From: Octopus vulgaris
Taxonomy: Eukaryota
Direction: 5' to 3'
Length of the DNA stretch: 64,000 nt
Assembly (NCBI GenBank): GCA_951406725.2
Contig: OX597823.1
Span: 1,054,001 to 1,118,000, forward strand
Both the position numbers and the translations under genes were made by a program. Within the stretch, counting starts at the first letter, position 1; every line of letters starts with the position of its first letter. Positions 13,881 through 29,102 of this stretch are shown here, piece after piece. The notes below the pieces were generated by a model that searched no databases, had not been told where the DNA came from, and saw nothing but the letters and a program-made list of their open reading frames with translations.

Positions 13881-14229
13881 GTTGGTACATAGATATAGAT
13901 ACAAGCACACGTATTGTTAGAGTTCGTGTAACTATGATAAAGTTGAAGTAACATTGTGTACATTTTGTTGCAACCGAACGACGTGGTTGTTTTAGGAGCA
14001 TGTCGTATATTAATAGCATTAATTTTGTGGGTATTTTGTTATCAAAATAGCAGATCATTAATTAATTAATTAATTAATTGCAACTGATACAACAAAACAT
14101 GATAAAGCCGTGTTTGCAAACAACGCCTCAAATGCAGCCAAGAATTGATGGAATTTCAGACGCTGCAAAATGGGCTGACCAATGGCATGTTTATACCATT
14201 TGTATATATACTACATCCCCTCCTCACTC

Positions 14230-14327
<98 letters not shown>

Positions 14328-14351
14328 ATGTATAATATACATATCTATGTA

Positions 14352-15649
14352 CGAGGGGCGTTCAATAAGTAATGCCCCTGACCCACTTCCCATAGCAGTA
14401 GAGCAACGAAACTTGGCACAGTTATTAGTCTTTTTCTACATAGGAACCACCCAGAGTTACGCATTTCTCCCATCGTTTGATGCAGCTCTGGAGACCGTTT
14501 TTGTAGAAGACCCCAGCTTGGTCCTCCAACCACGACGTGACTTCAGAAATCAAGGCTGCATCGTCTGGGAAACGCTTTCCTTTCAAAAACAACTTCATGG
14601 CTGGGAAGAGGTGAAAATCAGAGGGTGCAAGGTCAGGAGAGTAGGGGGGGGGGGATAGGGGAGGAGTTCATAGCCGCACGCCTGTGCTTCTGATCTAGCG
14701 ACACACGAGTTGTGGACCGGAGCGTTGTCCTGCAGGAGGAGGATGCCTTTGCTGATCTTGCCTCGCCTCTTGATTTTGATAGCTTCTCTTAATTTCTTCA
14801 AAAGTGAAGCATAATAGGCTCCTGTAATTGTAGTACCCTTTGCCAGGAAATCTGTCATCACTACTCCGTCCTGGTCCCAGAAGACTGTGAGCATAACCTT
14901 GCCAGCGGAGGGCTGCACCCTTGCCTTCTTTGGAGGAGGTGAGTCACGGTGCTTCCACTGCGTTGACTGAGCTTTGGTCTCTGGATCATAGTGATGGACC
15001 CAGGTTTCATCCTGTGTAATCAGTCTTTTGAAAAATTTTGACTCATCTTCTTGGCACCTCTCCAAATTCATTCTTGAGCACTCGACGCGTTCTTGTTTCT
15101 GGAAAGGTGTGAGCAGCCTGGGAATCCATCTGGCAGACACCTTTTGCATATGCAAATGGTCATGAACGATAGTTTCCACAGACCCGGTACTAATCTTGAC
15201 CTTATGGGCTATTTGGCGAATAGTTATGTGTCGATCTTCCAAAATGGCTGCCTCAACTTAACGGACAGATACCTCATCAATGGCAGAAGTGGGGCGACCA
15301 GATCTGGGAGCTGTTTCCACAGAGTTCCGACCATGTTTGAATTCACAATGCCAGCGTTTTACAAGGTCATATGATGGGGCATCATCACCATAAGTTACTT
15401 TCATTTCATCAAAAGTCTCCTGTGGTGAGCGTCCTTTCAAATACAAAAACCGGATCACTGCTCGACATTCAACAGGCTCCATTTCACACTCGACTCAGTT
15501 CAAACACCTGTAAATCAGAAACCACGATTAGTTCAGAGCTGTAATTTACCACTTAATCTATGAAGATATAAATAATTGCACATGCAAAATTTCAGCTAGA
15601 TCAAACAACTGCAAGTGGATCAGGGGCATTACTTATTGAACGTTCCTCG
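14352..15649 (-). mobile_element. Full-length mariner DNA transposon (~1.3 kb) with TIRs and TA target duplication
   Basis: TA|cgaggggcgttcaataagtaatgcccctga ... tcaggggcattacttattgaacgttcctcg|TA. Confidence 0.95.
14425..15482 (-). pseudogene. mariner DD34D-type transposase with one nonsense codon and one frameshift
   Basis: MEPVECRAVIRFL, RSGRP, ARWIPRLL, ITQDETWVHHY, LLQDNAPVH, then in the shifted frame YSPDLAPSDFHLF..KRWEKCV; stop at 15258-15260, frameshift in the poly-G run near 14645-14654. Confidence 0.92.
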
Positions 15650-15663
15650 TATGTGTATATCCA

Positions 15664-15825
15664 CAGGCGCGGTCGTGACTATGTGGTAAGAAGCTTGCTT
15701 CCCAATCACATGGTTCTGGGTTCAGTACCATAGCGTGACACCTTGTGCAACTGTCACCTATTATAGTCTCGGACCAACAAAAGCCTTGTGAGAGGATTGG
15801 ATAGACGGAAACTGAAAGAAGCTCA

Positions 15826-15868
<43 letters not shown>

Positions 15869-15952
15869 TATGTCTGTGTGTTGTTTTTCTCGTCACCACC
15901 ATCGCTTGCATCCGGTGTTGGTGTGTTTATGTTCCAGTAACTTTGTGCTTCG
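15664..15952 (+). mobile_element. tRNA-derived SINE (family A)
   Basis: gtggtaag..gggttcagt head, ccttgtgag..tagacggaaactgaaagaagc body, internal (TA)n; matches 17393 copy. Confidence 0.8.
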
Positions 15953-15983
15953 CGCACACGCCAATCCGCTTGCACACAGAAAT

Positions 15984-16027
<44 letters not shown>

Positions 16028-16164
16028 ACGCATACACACGCACACAAAACAAAAATATTGTAAAATAGTCTGATTTATAAATGGTACTACTTTTGTATGC
16101 CAAAAGCAGAACATTTCGAATCAAGTAAAAATCTATGCATCAATCTATCTGTCTGTCTATCTAT

Positions 16165-16165
16165 C

Positions 16166-16233
<68 letters not shown>

Positions 16234-16369
16234 GTTTGTATATATATATATATACATGTATGTATATATATATGTATGTATAAATATTTATGTGTGTATA
16301 TGTGTGTATTTATATCTATATATGTATGCATATATATGTATATATATATGTATGCATATATATGTATGC

Positions 16370-16403
<34 letters not shown>

Positions 16404-16552
16404 GTATATGTATATATATGTATATATATATATATGTATATATATATATGTATATATATATATGTATATATATATATGTATATATATATATATGTATATA
16501 TGTATGTATATATATATATATACATACGTATATGTATGTATATACATATACA

Positions 16553-16598
<46 letters not shown>
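16165..16598. repeat. Long compound (TA)/(TATG) microsatellite
   Basis: Direct reading. Confidence 0.95.
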
Positions 16599-16601
<3 letters not shown>

Positions 16602-17392
16602 TTATATGTGAATGACTGTATAGACGTATGTATGTGTACACGCATATTTGTATGTGTCCCCGAATGTTTTCGAGGTGAGCTGTAGAGAAGCTAGTTCGTG
16701 TGATGTTTGCTAAATTGAATGAAACATTTGGCAGCGATTTGAAAAATTCGCGTGATTCCTCGCAATCTTGGAGTTCTGTTACTCAATAATGGTGAAATAT
16801 AACCAAAACAAAAACAATCCTCAAATAACAAACAAAATAAAAGATAAAAAATACAATCTATAAAAGACAAAGAGGCGGAAGAAAGATTAAAACAAGAAAA
16901 TATCTAAAAACCTCTCCATTTGATTTTTCTCTTTTAATTTTCCATTGATATTGTTTTGATTGATTTATTCACCTGTGTAATATTTACTGTGTAGCAAGGT
17001 AGACAGCTTTTGGGTTGTCGTTTAGCAACAGCATTAATGAAGAAAAACAGCGGAATCGTTCGATCATCGATTACAATAACTTGGGCCAGTCGTTCCGGTT
17101 GTCTCCATCCTGAGCTGAAACTTCGCTCAAGAGAACTTTGCCCTTAATTCTTTCGTGACCAATAAACAAGAATCAGTCCATTTATTGTGGTCGATGGTGA
17201 AAAAACATGCTTTATATCTAACAGCGCCATCTACAGAGTTTCCTTGACGGTGATGTAGTATAACCGCTCTTTGTACTATCTTTCCTGTACACTCTTTGTC
17301 AAACCGATGACGCACTTTATCCTGAAGCACCGTTAATACAGGGACTTTTAAGAATTATTCATAACTTCATAAAAAAATATTTTCAGACTCAT

Positions 17393-17810
17393 AGGCGCAG
17401 GAGTGGCTGTGTGGTAAGTAGCTTGCTAACAAGCCACATGGTTCCGGGTTCAGTCCCACTGCGTGGCATCTTGTGCAAGTGTCTTCTGCTATAGCCCCGG
17501 GCCGACCAATGCCTTGTGAGTAGATTTGGTAGACGGAAACTGAAAGAAGCCTGTCGTATATATGTATATATATATGCGTGTGTGTTTGTTTGTGTGTCTG
17601 TGTTTGTCTCCCTAGCATTGCTTGACAACCGATGCTGGTGTGTTTACGTCCCCGTCACTTAGCGGTTCGGCAAAAGAGACCGATATAATAAGTACTGGGC
17701 TTACAAAGAATAAGTCCCGGGGTCGATTTGCTCGACTAAAGGCGGTGCTCCAGCATGGCCGCAGTCAAATGACTGAAACATTTAAAAGAGTAAAAGAGTT
17801 TAAAAGAGAG
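17393..17810 (+). mobile_element. tRNA-derived SINE (family A), full-length copy
   Basis: A-box-like tggctgtgtgg, B-box-like gggttcagtccc, internal microsatellite, 3' ggcggtgctccagcatggccgcagtcaaatgactgaaaca-aaaagag tail; five copies in the window. Confidence 0.85.
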
Positions 17811-19222
17811 TGACGCTGAGAGAACGTCTTCTGATATTATCTCAGTTTCTGCTAACGTTGCATAGGAAGCAAAGACAAACGTTCCTTTGATGTGTATTGC
17901 CCAGCCGAGAAAATCTTTTGAGAGCCTTGTATCACTCTCGATGGAATGAGCATATTATGGAGCCACTACGTTGTCGCTGGCAACCAAATCTCACTTAAAT
18001 CCCAGCCTTCAGACTTAAACAAAGAAAGGTTGGTTTTGGTTGGAATACTTTTGACCATATTTTTTTTACATGGAGTCAGACCTGAAATTCATCAATCACA
18101 ACGACATCAGTGATCTTTCCAGAGGCTTGTAAGGTAAACATTTTGAAATTATATATTGCCCTTTGAGGGGTTGAATTATCCTTAAAATTCCATGTTATTT
18201 TATCATGTTTTCACAGTTCTTTTAACTACGAGTTCTCGTATCGAAACATGCAAAAAAAAAAAAAAAAGAAAAAAGAAATGACAGAAAGAAAGTAAAATAC
18301 AATGATATAAATCCAATGAACAGCTGATGCTGCATGTCGTTTCGAATCTGTAGCCGGAACTTGGTTGTACAGGAAAACGGAAACTAGGATATATGTATGA
18401 TAGGAAAATCTAAAGAAGGAAATGTTAGAGGAAAAATTTCGAAACAGAACCATGATATTTACTCTTATAATAAATAGTAGATAATAGAAAATAGGTTCCG
18501 CTTGGTGAACTTGCTGTTAACACTCTCTATGCAGAGTAATCTTGCGTGGAGATCCATTAAGGAGATTATGAGGCTTTCATTTCATACATTTCATTATACT
18601 GATTCAGTAACTTCGCATATTTGGCGTCGATGTGAAATATAAGAGTGGTTGGGGGAGGTTGGTGGAGCGGGATTTGGCAATAAGGGAATATTCTCTCTCT
18701 AATTGTGGGGCAGGTTGTAAGCCATGAATTTATTCGATGGTATAAATGTGTTGAAATGAGTGATATCTAATAAAATTTATTCAAGTTGTTTTGTGTGGGA
18801 GATGAATATTTCAAATTTCCATTAAACTAACCAGAGACAAAAAAGAAGAAAAAAAAAGAAAATCTAATTCAAATTAGCAAGTGTCTCTGTGACAATGTCA
18901 TATTCCTTCATTTCATTTCTTCCTTGTTGTGAATGAGCCAAGGAAAAAGGTTTTACATGGCCTGTTTGAAATAAGAGCTGACATCTCCATTATACCAATC
19001 ATACTGTCTTAAATAAAAAGGAAGGACAGATTTGGAAAAAAAAGAAGAAAAACTGACGGAACAGACATAGTAGGAATGTCAATACTAACTGAGGGCGAAA
19101 CCAGGGCATCGTAAAAAGAAAATAAGGTTTAAGAATCCTTGTTATGTGGATAACAAGTTGCTTCTAAGCTTTCAAACAAGCGGATGATTACAGAAGTTAG
19201 GGAAGGCAGTGACAGGGTTCAG

Positions 19223-19425
19223 TAAAGCAGCCGAGCTGGCAGAATCGTTGGAAGATTGGGGAAAATGCTGAGCAGTGTGTCGTCTCTCCTTACGTTCTGA
19301 GTTCAGATTCCGCCGAGGTCGACTTTGCTTTTCATCCTTTCGGCGGTGACACAATAAGTATCAGTTAAGCACTGGAGATCTATGTAATCTTCCGAAATTG
19401 CTGGCATTGTGCCAAAATATGAAAC
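19223..19425 (+). mobile_element. tRNA-derived SINE (family B, MetaSINE-like central domain) with (TTA)n tail
   Basis: gagctggcagaa..ctgagttcagattcc-gccgaggtcgactttgcttttcatcctttc. Confidence 0.75.
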
Positions 19426-19478
<53 letters not shown>

Positions 19479-19513
19479 CCATCATCATCATCATCATCAT
19501 CAGTACTATTATA

Positions 19514-19546
<33 letters not shown>

Positions 19547-19570
19547 ATTATTATTATTATTATTATTATT

Positions 19571-20103
19571 GAGTGAGAGAGCAGTTCATGCCATCAGAGT
19601 GACACTGGGGTAAAATATACGAAGCCCAGTATACCCATCATGACTACCCGTCTGATAAAGGTACACCAGGCACATGCATCACAACCATATATGCGCGACA
19701 TGGTGATCTCATATCAAGATAAACAGCACATGACTTTGCAGGTGGGACCCAGTTAGAATTTTCTTCATGTTGAGTAGCCCATCCCGCTCAAACGGTCCCT
19801 GAATAAGGGTTGTTTAAGGATGTTGAAAGAACCACCCATGTTTCCAGAGGTGAACTATTCAAACCCCAAAGAATCCCTCTGAACACATGGCTATGATACT
19901 CCCCCACTATTTCTGCTCGTGATCAGAGATGCACATATCGTCAGCCACTAAGGGACATGCTCAACTGGTTAAGGTCAAACAACTGACAAGCAAATCTGTG
20001 GTATTGAGCAGAATATTTGCTGTAGCTCATCTTTTATACCAAGACAAAACAATGTACATGATAACACTTCCAATCAGTTAAGAAACACTTCCAATCAGTT
20101 AAG

Positions 20104-20105
<2 letters not shown>
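19571..20105 (-). mobile_element. ~550-bp non-coding element inserted in (TAA)n, copy 1
   Basis: Reverse complement of 45830-46344; (TTA)n on both sides; ~20-bp tandem duplication at one end. Confidence 0.85.
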
Positions 20106-20201
<96 letters not shown>

Positions 20202-20553
20202 CTAACCGAGCATTATTTGGTGTTTATAACATTGATCACGCAATCTGTATGGAACGGTGAGTATCGTAAAGTCTACAATATTTTGTCTACAATGGCTTAT
20301 CACAACGTTTCTACTTTTTTGCGCGGCATTTGTTATAATATGACTAATAACCGAATGAAACAAACACAAAGAAGAAAATTGCGTTTGAATTCATTTGTTG
20401 AATTACTCGAAATAGTTATCTTGTATTTGGCTTTCAGCCATATATACACTAGTTACGTCATTGGATTTTCTAACCAATCAGAAAAGAGATCGAAGCTAAA
20501 AGTAAGCAAACGGCTGAAAAGGAAAAATAAAAGACAAGTTTAATACTAACAAA

Positions 20554-20584
<31 letters not shown>

Positions 20585-20963
20585 CGATGATGATGATGAT
20601 GATGATGATGATGACGATGATGACGATGATGATGATTGTTGTAGAAAATAAGGCGAAGATAAAGAAAAGAATAAAAAATAAATGCTAAAAGCTCTATAAA
20701 ATAACTTTGAGTTAAGATAATCGAAAAAGTAAATAAACCAAGGAAATACTCTGCGCTCTTTCACATACACACACATATGTATATGTGTATTTGTGGGTGC
20801 ACATATATGTTTGTGTGCGTGTGTGTGAGTGTGCCTGTGTGTATGCGTTTGCGCGTGTGTCTGTGCGTTTTTCATACAATAAAATACATATACAAGCACG
20901 TCGACAAATATAAGTACGTTATACACCTCTCTAACTGTCAATGTGCATATGAATATATATATG

Positions 20964-20996
<33 letters not shown>

Positions 20997-21081
20997 CGTA
21001 TATGTATATAACATATATCTGTACATGTGTAAATAAATATTGGTGCGTATATATATATATATATATAACGTATATGTATAT

Positions 21082-21138
<57 letters not shown>

Positions 21139-21226
21139 ATAACGTATATGTATATAACATATATATATTCATATAACGTATATATAACATATATATCTGT
21201 ATATATGTAAATAAATATTTGTATAT

Positions 21227-21282
<56 letters not shown>

Positions 21283-21828
21283 CTTCACACACACACAGAG
21301 GACAGACAGTGACTTTGAGAATATGTGTAAGAGATAAGGAAAAACAAATGAAAAAGTGAAACGAAAAGTAGTGAATGAGTTAATAATGAATAAAAGTTTA
21401 AGAAGTGGGAGGAGCAGAAGGCAAGGGGGGAGGAATGAGGAAAGATGAAGGAGAAAAAGAAAGAGGAAAGATGAAGCTGGTTGGTGAAAGAGAAGGAGAA
21501 AAAGAAATAGGAAAGCGTTCGGACAAATGTACCCCGTCGCCCCCCGAAAACAAAGAGATGACACTGGATGACAGCCTTGAACATGAAGTCTACTTTATTA
21601 ATGGAAAGTTCTATAAAACTTTCGCCAATCCATCAACATAAGCTTTCTCACTCGTAACACTTGTATGTTTTGAAAATGTAACTTTCCCAAATAAAGTGCA
21701 ATTCATGTTCAAGGCTCTGGTGAAGCTTCAGTTGAAGCTACCCAAAGTGCCTCGAAGTGGGATTGAGTCAAGCAAGCTTCTCACCAGACAGCCACGCCTC
21801 AGTGAGTGTCAGTGCGTATATGTGTGTG

Positions 21829-21898
<70 letters not shown>

Positions 21899-23543
21899 TA
21901 TGCATGTATATATATATATATATATACATATATGCATGTATTTATGTTTGTATACACATGTACACACAATCGGCGAACACATTATCACGATCGCATTCTG
22001 TGTGGAAAATTCCATTATGGTCAATTGCTTCTTTCATCCACGCAGGGTCCATATATGCCATTGTTGGATTTGAAACCGGAACCTTTAATCTATGTTTACA
22101 CTTTGCGCCATTCATTCTGGCACAGGAAAGTACAAATATAAATAAACCAAAATAGTTGTTGTTGTTATTGTTTTTACCGGAAGTAAGCCCTCATCGAGGA
22201 GACCCACAATCAGAGGATTCCCACCGTGGCCATTACGTTTTTACTATAACCCATGACTTCATTGGTATTTTTGATGACAGTAGTCTATGATTTCTAGCAA
22301 ATCGAGCGACCATGTAGACGCTGTCTCCACGACGCGTAAACCAAAAGAAGTTTAGTCTAAATGAGGGTGGGTTGCGTGAAACTGTATCAAAGACGAGTCC
22401 CTTTAAAGCAATAATTTTCAACCGGGCTCCATATGACGTTTGAGGATCCATATAGTTTTGTTGTTAAGAGTTATCTCCCTCCAATAAATTGGATATAGTT
22501 CTACACAAAATATTTTAGCAATTTTTTTTAATACAATTCTTAATTATATTTAACCCTAAAATATAATGGGTTGATTTAAAACATCGAACGGGTATAAAGG
22601 TCCAGCTGAGTAAAATAGGAATCCAAGGAGTAGGTACGCTGATTTAAAGTCTACGATTTCAGAATTTTTCCTGCCAACAGCAATGGCTTCTTTCTACCGA
22701 AACCAACCCACTTTCTGTAAAGATAAAACGCATTTGTCACTAATCTTTTAGAGAGAATTAAAAGCGTCTATTTGTTCACGTGAAGACGCTTCTCTAGTGG
22801 CTAGGCTGTTAGATTCACTAATGTCGTTGCTTCAGTTCACAGAGTAAGGAACTTTGCTTCAATCCAATTCAATCGAAAGTTTTTTGCAACTACTGTGAAG
22901 TGGCACCGCACCAACTTTTAGCGCTAAACATTGTAAATGCTCTCTGTCAACGGTCGCTGAGGGCTATGACACATCAGATGAGTAACGTATCCATGTTTTA
23001 TCGATACCAGCAGGAAATGAAATGTAAAGTAACCTCTGGTCGGATTTTATCTCACAACAACCATTCGCTGGAGAGCGTTTGTCGGTGAAACAGTCTCAAG
23101 CAACAAAAACAAAAACAACAAAATATATATCATCGAAATACGAATGATATTTATATATTTATTAATTGAACTGAAGTTATGAAATGGCGGAGTAGTGGTG
23201 CTTATGCTTCTCCTGAAGAACATTTGCAAACTGGTAAACATTTGTGTATTCTTTTGCCACCTCCACAGCGCCGCCAATGAGGAAGAGAGCGACAGCAGAA
23301 ATGGAAACCTAGTTCATCTCTATTGATAGACTTCTTTAATGCTATCAGATCTTATTTTGGCAAAAATAAAATAAAACCTGTTTTTTTGTCTGAGTTAAAT
23401 GAAGTGGACAGTAACAGTATGATGTGTGAAACATTGCGCTTGGCAGCATATGTATATATGTGTGTGTGTGTGAGTGTGTGTGTATTTATGTATATATATG
23501 TAAGTGTGTATGTATGTGTGTGTGTGTGTGTGTGCGTATAAAT

Positions 23544-23577
<34 letters not shown>

Positions 23578-23629
23578 GTGTGAAGCCAGTTATCAACTAA
23601 ATCGTTGATAACCGTTTCACCTGACACAA

Positions 23630-23752
23630 ATCTCTAAACCTATTAAATACGGATAATAAATTTAACCTTATTTCTGAATGTGATACATTAAGCGACGACG
23701 ACGACGACGACGACGCCCAGAACAACAACAGAAACAACGACAACCCCCAACC
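23630..23752 (+). repeat. ~120-bp segment duplicated at 25088-25212
   Basis: atctctaaacctattaaa..tgtgatacattaagcgacgacg..cccagaacaacaacagaaacaa is near-identical at both sites. Confidence 0.9.
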
Positions 23753-24825
23753 TGAATAAGAACAATAAAAACCGCAACAACAGTCACCATAAGTAATCTT
23801 CAACTTGAAGAATATAAATAAGAATTTCGAAATAGATTTTAAAAATTCTATAAACAAGTGATTTAAGGGTTGATGTTTGTAGTCATAAGATTTCGGTTGT
23901 TAGGGAGGCGGTGCTTCTGGTGATTTTTAAAAACTTTTCGCTTGGTCTCATCTTTTCTCTCTTATCTCACTTTTGTATCATCGCCAGTTCTCACACAATC
24001 TTCCAAATAATTCTTTCGATTGTTAATGTTATTTTCTTTATCCATTATATTCTTTTTCATGCGCGTCATTTAACTGAGACTGTATAAACTACGTGGAGAG
24101 ACTGAAACGTCGAATGAACAACATTTAAATAAGAAACTGGAGGAAAAGAACTGTGCAAAGGAAGAGAAATAAAACAACAACAAACAAACCCCAAAACTAA
24201 CAACAACAAAAAACAAACAAAAAACTAACAACAACAACAACAGCAATAGAAGAACAGAGACACTAGCAGCATTAATTCAGCAAAGCCTATCATTATGTAA
24301 GGAAAGTGTATTATGATAATATAAAATCGCTGCATTTTATTTATTTAATTTGAGCAATGAAATAAATAGACTGACAGTGTTTTGTGGCTCCTCCTCCCAC
24401 CTAGCGCCAAAACAAACGTAATACAATATCTGATTAGACGTCAGTTAACAATGTTCCTGTCGCGCCTACAAAAGCACAAAGAGAGATTTTGATTAAGCGA
24501 AACCTCACAGATTTCTAGAAACGAGGAAATGAAAGGCTTTATCATTTCATATTGTGACGAATGCTAAGTCGTATCTTTTAACGAGGAAATAAATGAGGTA
24601 TATTTAGGTAAGGGACTCAGTTGATCGGGCATTTACTTCGAAGTCTATGGTTCACTCCACAACTAGTCCATGACATAGCGATGAATGAGAACTATTTCAA
24701 AATGGCCTCTTATAAGATATGGATGTCTGTTGGTCGAAAGAACCAGACCATTGCTCAAGTTAATAATTTTGAACACAAATTTCCTCGTATTTTTCGATTC
24801 GATAATATATACATATATATATATA

Positions 24826-25087
<262 letters not shown>

Positions 25088-25954
25088 ATCTCTAAACCTA
25101 TTAAACACGGATAATAAATTTAACCTTATTTCTGAATGTGATACATTAAGCGACGACGACGCCGACGCCGACGCCCAGAACAACAACAGAAACAAAGACA
25201 ACTCCCCCCCCCCACACAAAGAAAGTGGATTGTCGCGATTTAAATAGCATCACATTTCTGGCTGATACAGCTTTGAAGTTTGTATATTAAACGATGCTGG
25301 TTTTAGACGTAAACAAGAAACGGCTAAGTTAGCTCTTAATTTTGTAGCGGAAAGTTTTCGGTGAGTCCAAGGCTGAATGAGGCTTTAATTCTCTCAATTA
25401 CAGCGATTTGACTTCTCTTACGTCACTGATACAGTTGAAATGTTATACAATATGCTGAGAGTTGCTCTGCAAACTAAAGAAGAAGTTGAAAACACGAAGC
25501 CTTAGATTTATGGGGAGGAAGAAAGAAAGAGAGATGATGTGTTTGTCTCAAGAAACTTTGTGTGGTACACGAATTTTTATAACTTATTTTCTATGAATTT
25601 TTGCCCAGAACATTCGATTACACGAAACTGTACACCACATCTACGAGAACAATAACAACAACACCAACGATAAGCAATAAAAAATTTTGACAAGGTTTCT
25701 AAGTTGAGAAATGATGTACTGAACTAAATCTAGATGAGATCAGTTTGAGTTGCTTTGCATTTGTATAAATTCATTCAACAAATAGAAGCCTTAGGAAATA
25801 AAACATTAAAAGGATTATTTAATAACGTTAAGGAAATGAAACCGATGGCCTCAACATTTCAAATGAATTCCCTGATTCAGGTGATCGTGAAATAACCATT
25901 ACTTTACTCTAGTCGCTTCACTACCAATATCATACAGACAAAAGCATACAGACT

Positions 25955-26171
25955 GTCCTTGGGAACAGTATCAGAGGGCATCAATGGGAATATAAAGGAA
26001 ATTAGTGTGACTAGTAGAACTATCACAAAGTGTTTGCCTCCTTGGCACGGCCAGAATAACCAGGAAAGTATTAGAGAGCTGAAAAGCACGAATAGTATGG
26101 TCCCGTGGGCTGTAGGTGGTAAGCTCGCATGCAAGACTCCAAGAGCTCGAACAAAATCTGTGATAAAGAGA
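25955..26171 (+). mobile_element. Short 3' remnant of a Dong/R4-type LINE ending in (TAA)n
   Basis: LGTVS.. and QSVCLLGTARITRKVLES*, analogous to QKIALLGTAHILRRTL of the adjacent element. Confidence 0.65.
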
Positions 26172-26193
26172 TAATAATAATAATAATATTAAT

Positions 26194-26249
<56 letters not shown>

Positions 26250-26255
26250 TAATAA

Positions 26256-28625
26256 GATCCCCAATTTCTGGTTGAAATATCTAACAGGAATGCACAAAAA
26301 GCTGGCTGAAAACTTTAACAACATATTAGCAGAGCTAGAAACAATGCCTGAATGGCTCACGAAGGGGAAAACCATCTTAATTCCCAAATCAAATGAAACA
26401 GCAAAACCAGAAAACTACAGACCAATAACCTGCCTCCCTACTATGTTCAAGGCATTTACTGCAGTGATATCGCAAAGGCTGAACAAGCACCTGGACGAAA
26501 ACAAACTGTTCCTAGAAGAGCAGAAAGGATGCCGCAAAGGCTCATATGGCTGTAAAGATCAACTAATGATTAATAAAGCCATAACTGATGACAGCCACAG
26601 AAACAAGAAAGGCCTCAGTATGGCCTGGATTGACTACAAAAAGGCGTTTGATAGCATCCCCCACACATGGATCCTCGAAACACTAGCCATTAACAAAGTA
26701 GCACCAACAATCATAAAATTCATAGAGCACTCTATGATTAAATGACAAACAGTCCTACACCTCCAAACAAAAGAGGGACTCATGAAAACCAAAGACATCC
26801 CCATTAGAAGAGGAATATTCCAGGAAGACACGCTCTCTCCACTCCTTTTCTGCTTGGCACTGTCACCTCTATCTGATATACTAAATAGAACTGGATGCGG
26901 ATATAAATGTTACGGCAAAACGATCAGCCACCTTTTATATATGGATGACCTAAAACTATACGCTGCAAATGACAAACAGCTGGAAACACTATTAAAGACA
27001 GTTCATGGATTTACCAAAGAAATAGATATGAAATTTTGGATTAGAAAAATGCGCCAAAGTAACCATGAAAAGAGGAAAACTAGTTAAGAGTAACAACATC
27101 ACACTAGATAAAACCAATGAAATAAAAGAATTAGACCAAAGCCAAACTTACAAATACTTAGGAATCCATGAACTAGATAAGACACAACACACACAAATGA
27201 AAGAGAAAATAAAAAAAGAATATTATAGACGAGTTAGATCAATACTAAAAACAGAGCTCAATGCTAAAAACAAGATAATAGGTATCAACACTTTAGCTGT
27301 CCCAGTTATAAGTTACAGCTACAATATCCTTAACTGGACACGAAATGAACTGACCAAAATAGATAGGAAAACAAGAAAAATAATGACAGGATCTAGGATG
27401 CATCACCCAAAATCTGACATAGAAAGACTATATATATACAACGTATAGAAGGTGGTAGAGGCCTTATACAGCTGGAAAACTACTATAAAATAACCACCAT
27501 AGGACTGCAAAAATATCTACTTCAGAAGGAAGGAAAACTGATCCAGATAGCGGCAAAACACGAGCAAAACAAAAAACTGTTCTCAGTATTTAAGGAAGCT
27601 GACAAATACAAACAAGAAATCATACCACCTAATAAACATGAAGAAGAAGAAGAAGAAGAAGAAGAAGAAGAAGAAGAAGATGAAGAAACAACAAAAGCTA
27701 TAAAACAAATGAAATCCAAACTAAAAATAGAACAGCAACGAACCATGATAAAACGATGGCAAGAAAAAGCCCCTTCATGGTAAATACTGGACTAAACTAA
27801 ACGCAAAAGAAATAGACAAAGAAAAATCCCACCAGTGGTTGAGAAGCTCAGGACTTAAAACAGAAACAGAGGGATTTTTAATTGCAGTACAAGACCAAAG
27901 CTTCCCCACCAGAAATTACTAAAAACATGTAATGAAAAGAAATATAACAAGTAACTGCAGAATATGTAGAGATGAACAAGAAGCAATAAATCATATTATC
28001 TCTAGCTGCCCAGTCCTGGCTAAGAAGGAATATATTCACAGACATGACAGAGTTGGAACCTACATACATTAGAAGCTATGCCAACACTATGGAATAACAA
28101 CAGAAAAAAGATGGTATAGGCACACACCAGAAAAGGTCACAGAAAACGAGAAAGCAACCATACTCTGGGATATGCCAATACACACAGATAGAGAAATTAA
28201 GGCCAACAGACCAGATATAGTTGTCAGAGATCATGAAGAAAAAAAGAAATCCTTTCTAATTGATGTATCAATACCAGCAGATGACAACGTGTCTCTAAAA
28301 GAAATGGAGAAACTCTCAAAATACAAAGACCTGGAAATAGAGGTAACTCGAATGTGGAATCTGAAAACAGAAACAATTCCTATCATAGTAGGTGCATTAG
28401 GCATGATAAAAAAATATTCAGACAAATACATAACAAAAACACCAGGACTTACAAACACATATAACATACAGAAAATTGCACTACTAGGCACTGCACACAT
28501 CCTACGCAGAACACTTTCAATACAGTAACTATCAGAGCATCACAACAAATCACAGCACATACCCAAGGCACACAGAGCTGCGCTCGGTAGTGAAGTGAAA
28601 GCACGCTATAAAACTAAAACTACTG
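26256..28625 (+). mobile_element. 5'-truncated Dong/R4-clade non-LTR retrotransposon (RT, Zn knuckle, REL) in (TAA)n
   Basis: ENYRPITCLPT, WIDYKKAFDSIPH, RGIFQEDTLSPLLF, HLLYMDDLKLY, CRIC..HIISSCP, NRPDIVV..LIDVSIP..KLSKY; stops and frameshifts; (TAA)n on both flanks. Confidence 0.92.
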
Positions 28626-28629
28626 AATG

Positions 28630-28718
<89 letters not shown>

Positions 28719-28719
28719 C

Positions 28720-28925
28720 TAGCAGGACCCGTGAAAAATTCACGGAAAACATAAAAAATGTAAGCATCTGTAAACAGTGTCTTTTACGTTCTGAGTTCAA
28801 ATTCTGTCGATGTCGACTTTGCCTTTCATCCTTTCGGAGTCGATAAATGAAGTACCACTTGTGTACTGCGGTCGATCTAGTCAACTGGCACCCTCTCCAC
28901 AAAAATTCAGGCCTAGAAAAGTATA
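28720..28925 (+). mobile_element. SINE family B copy
   Basis: tacgttctgagttcaaattc..gtcgactttgcctttcatcctttcggagtcgataaa. Confidence 0.7.
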
Positions 28926-29102
28926 TTTTGACAGTTACAGAATATAGAAAATAATATAACAACAAAAACTATATAATCCAACCAAAAATCTCATTTAGAC
29001 AAACGTAAACGGAATTACTATTTAACCTTAGAATATGTCGTACATATTCAAAGAAAATTCTTGGTTTAGTGGTACGGAACGTTTATCTGGTTTTCTTTTT
29101 TT

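Noticed and set aside
17222-17236. CTCF-like motif gcgccatctac
   Set aside because: A single short match, also common in transposon ends; not supportable alone
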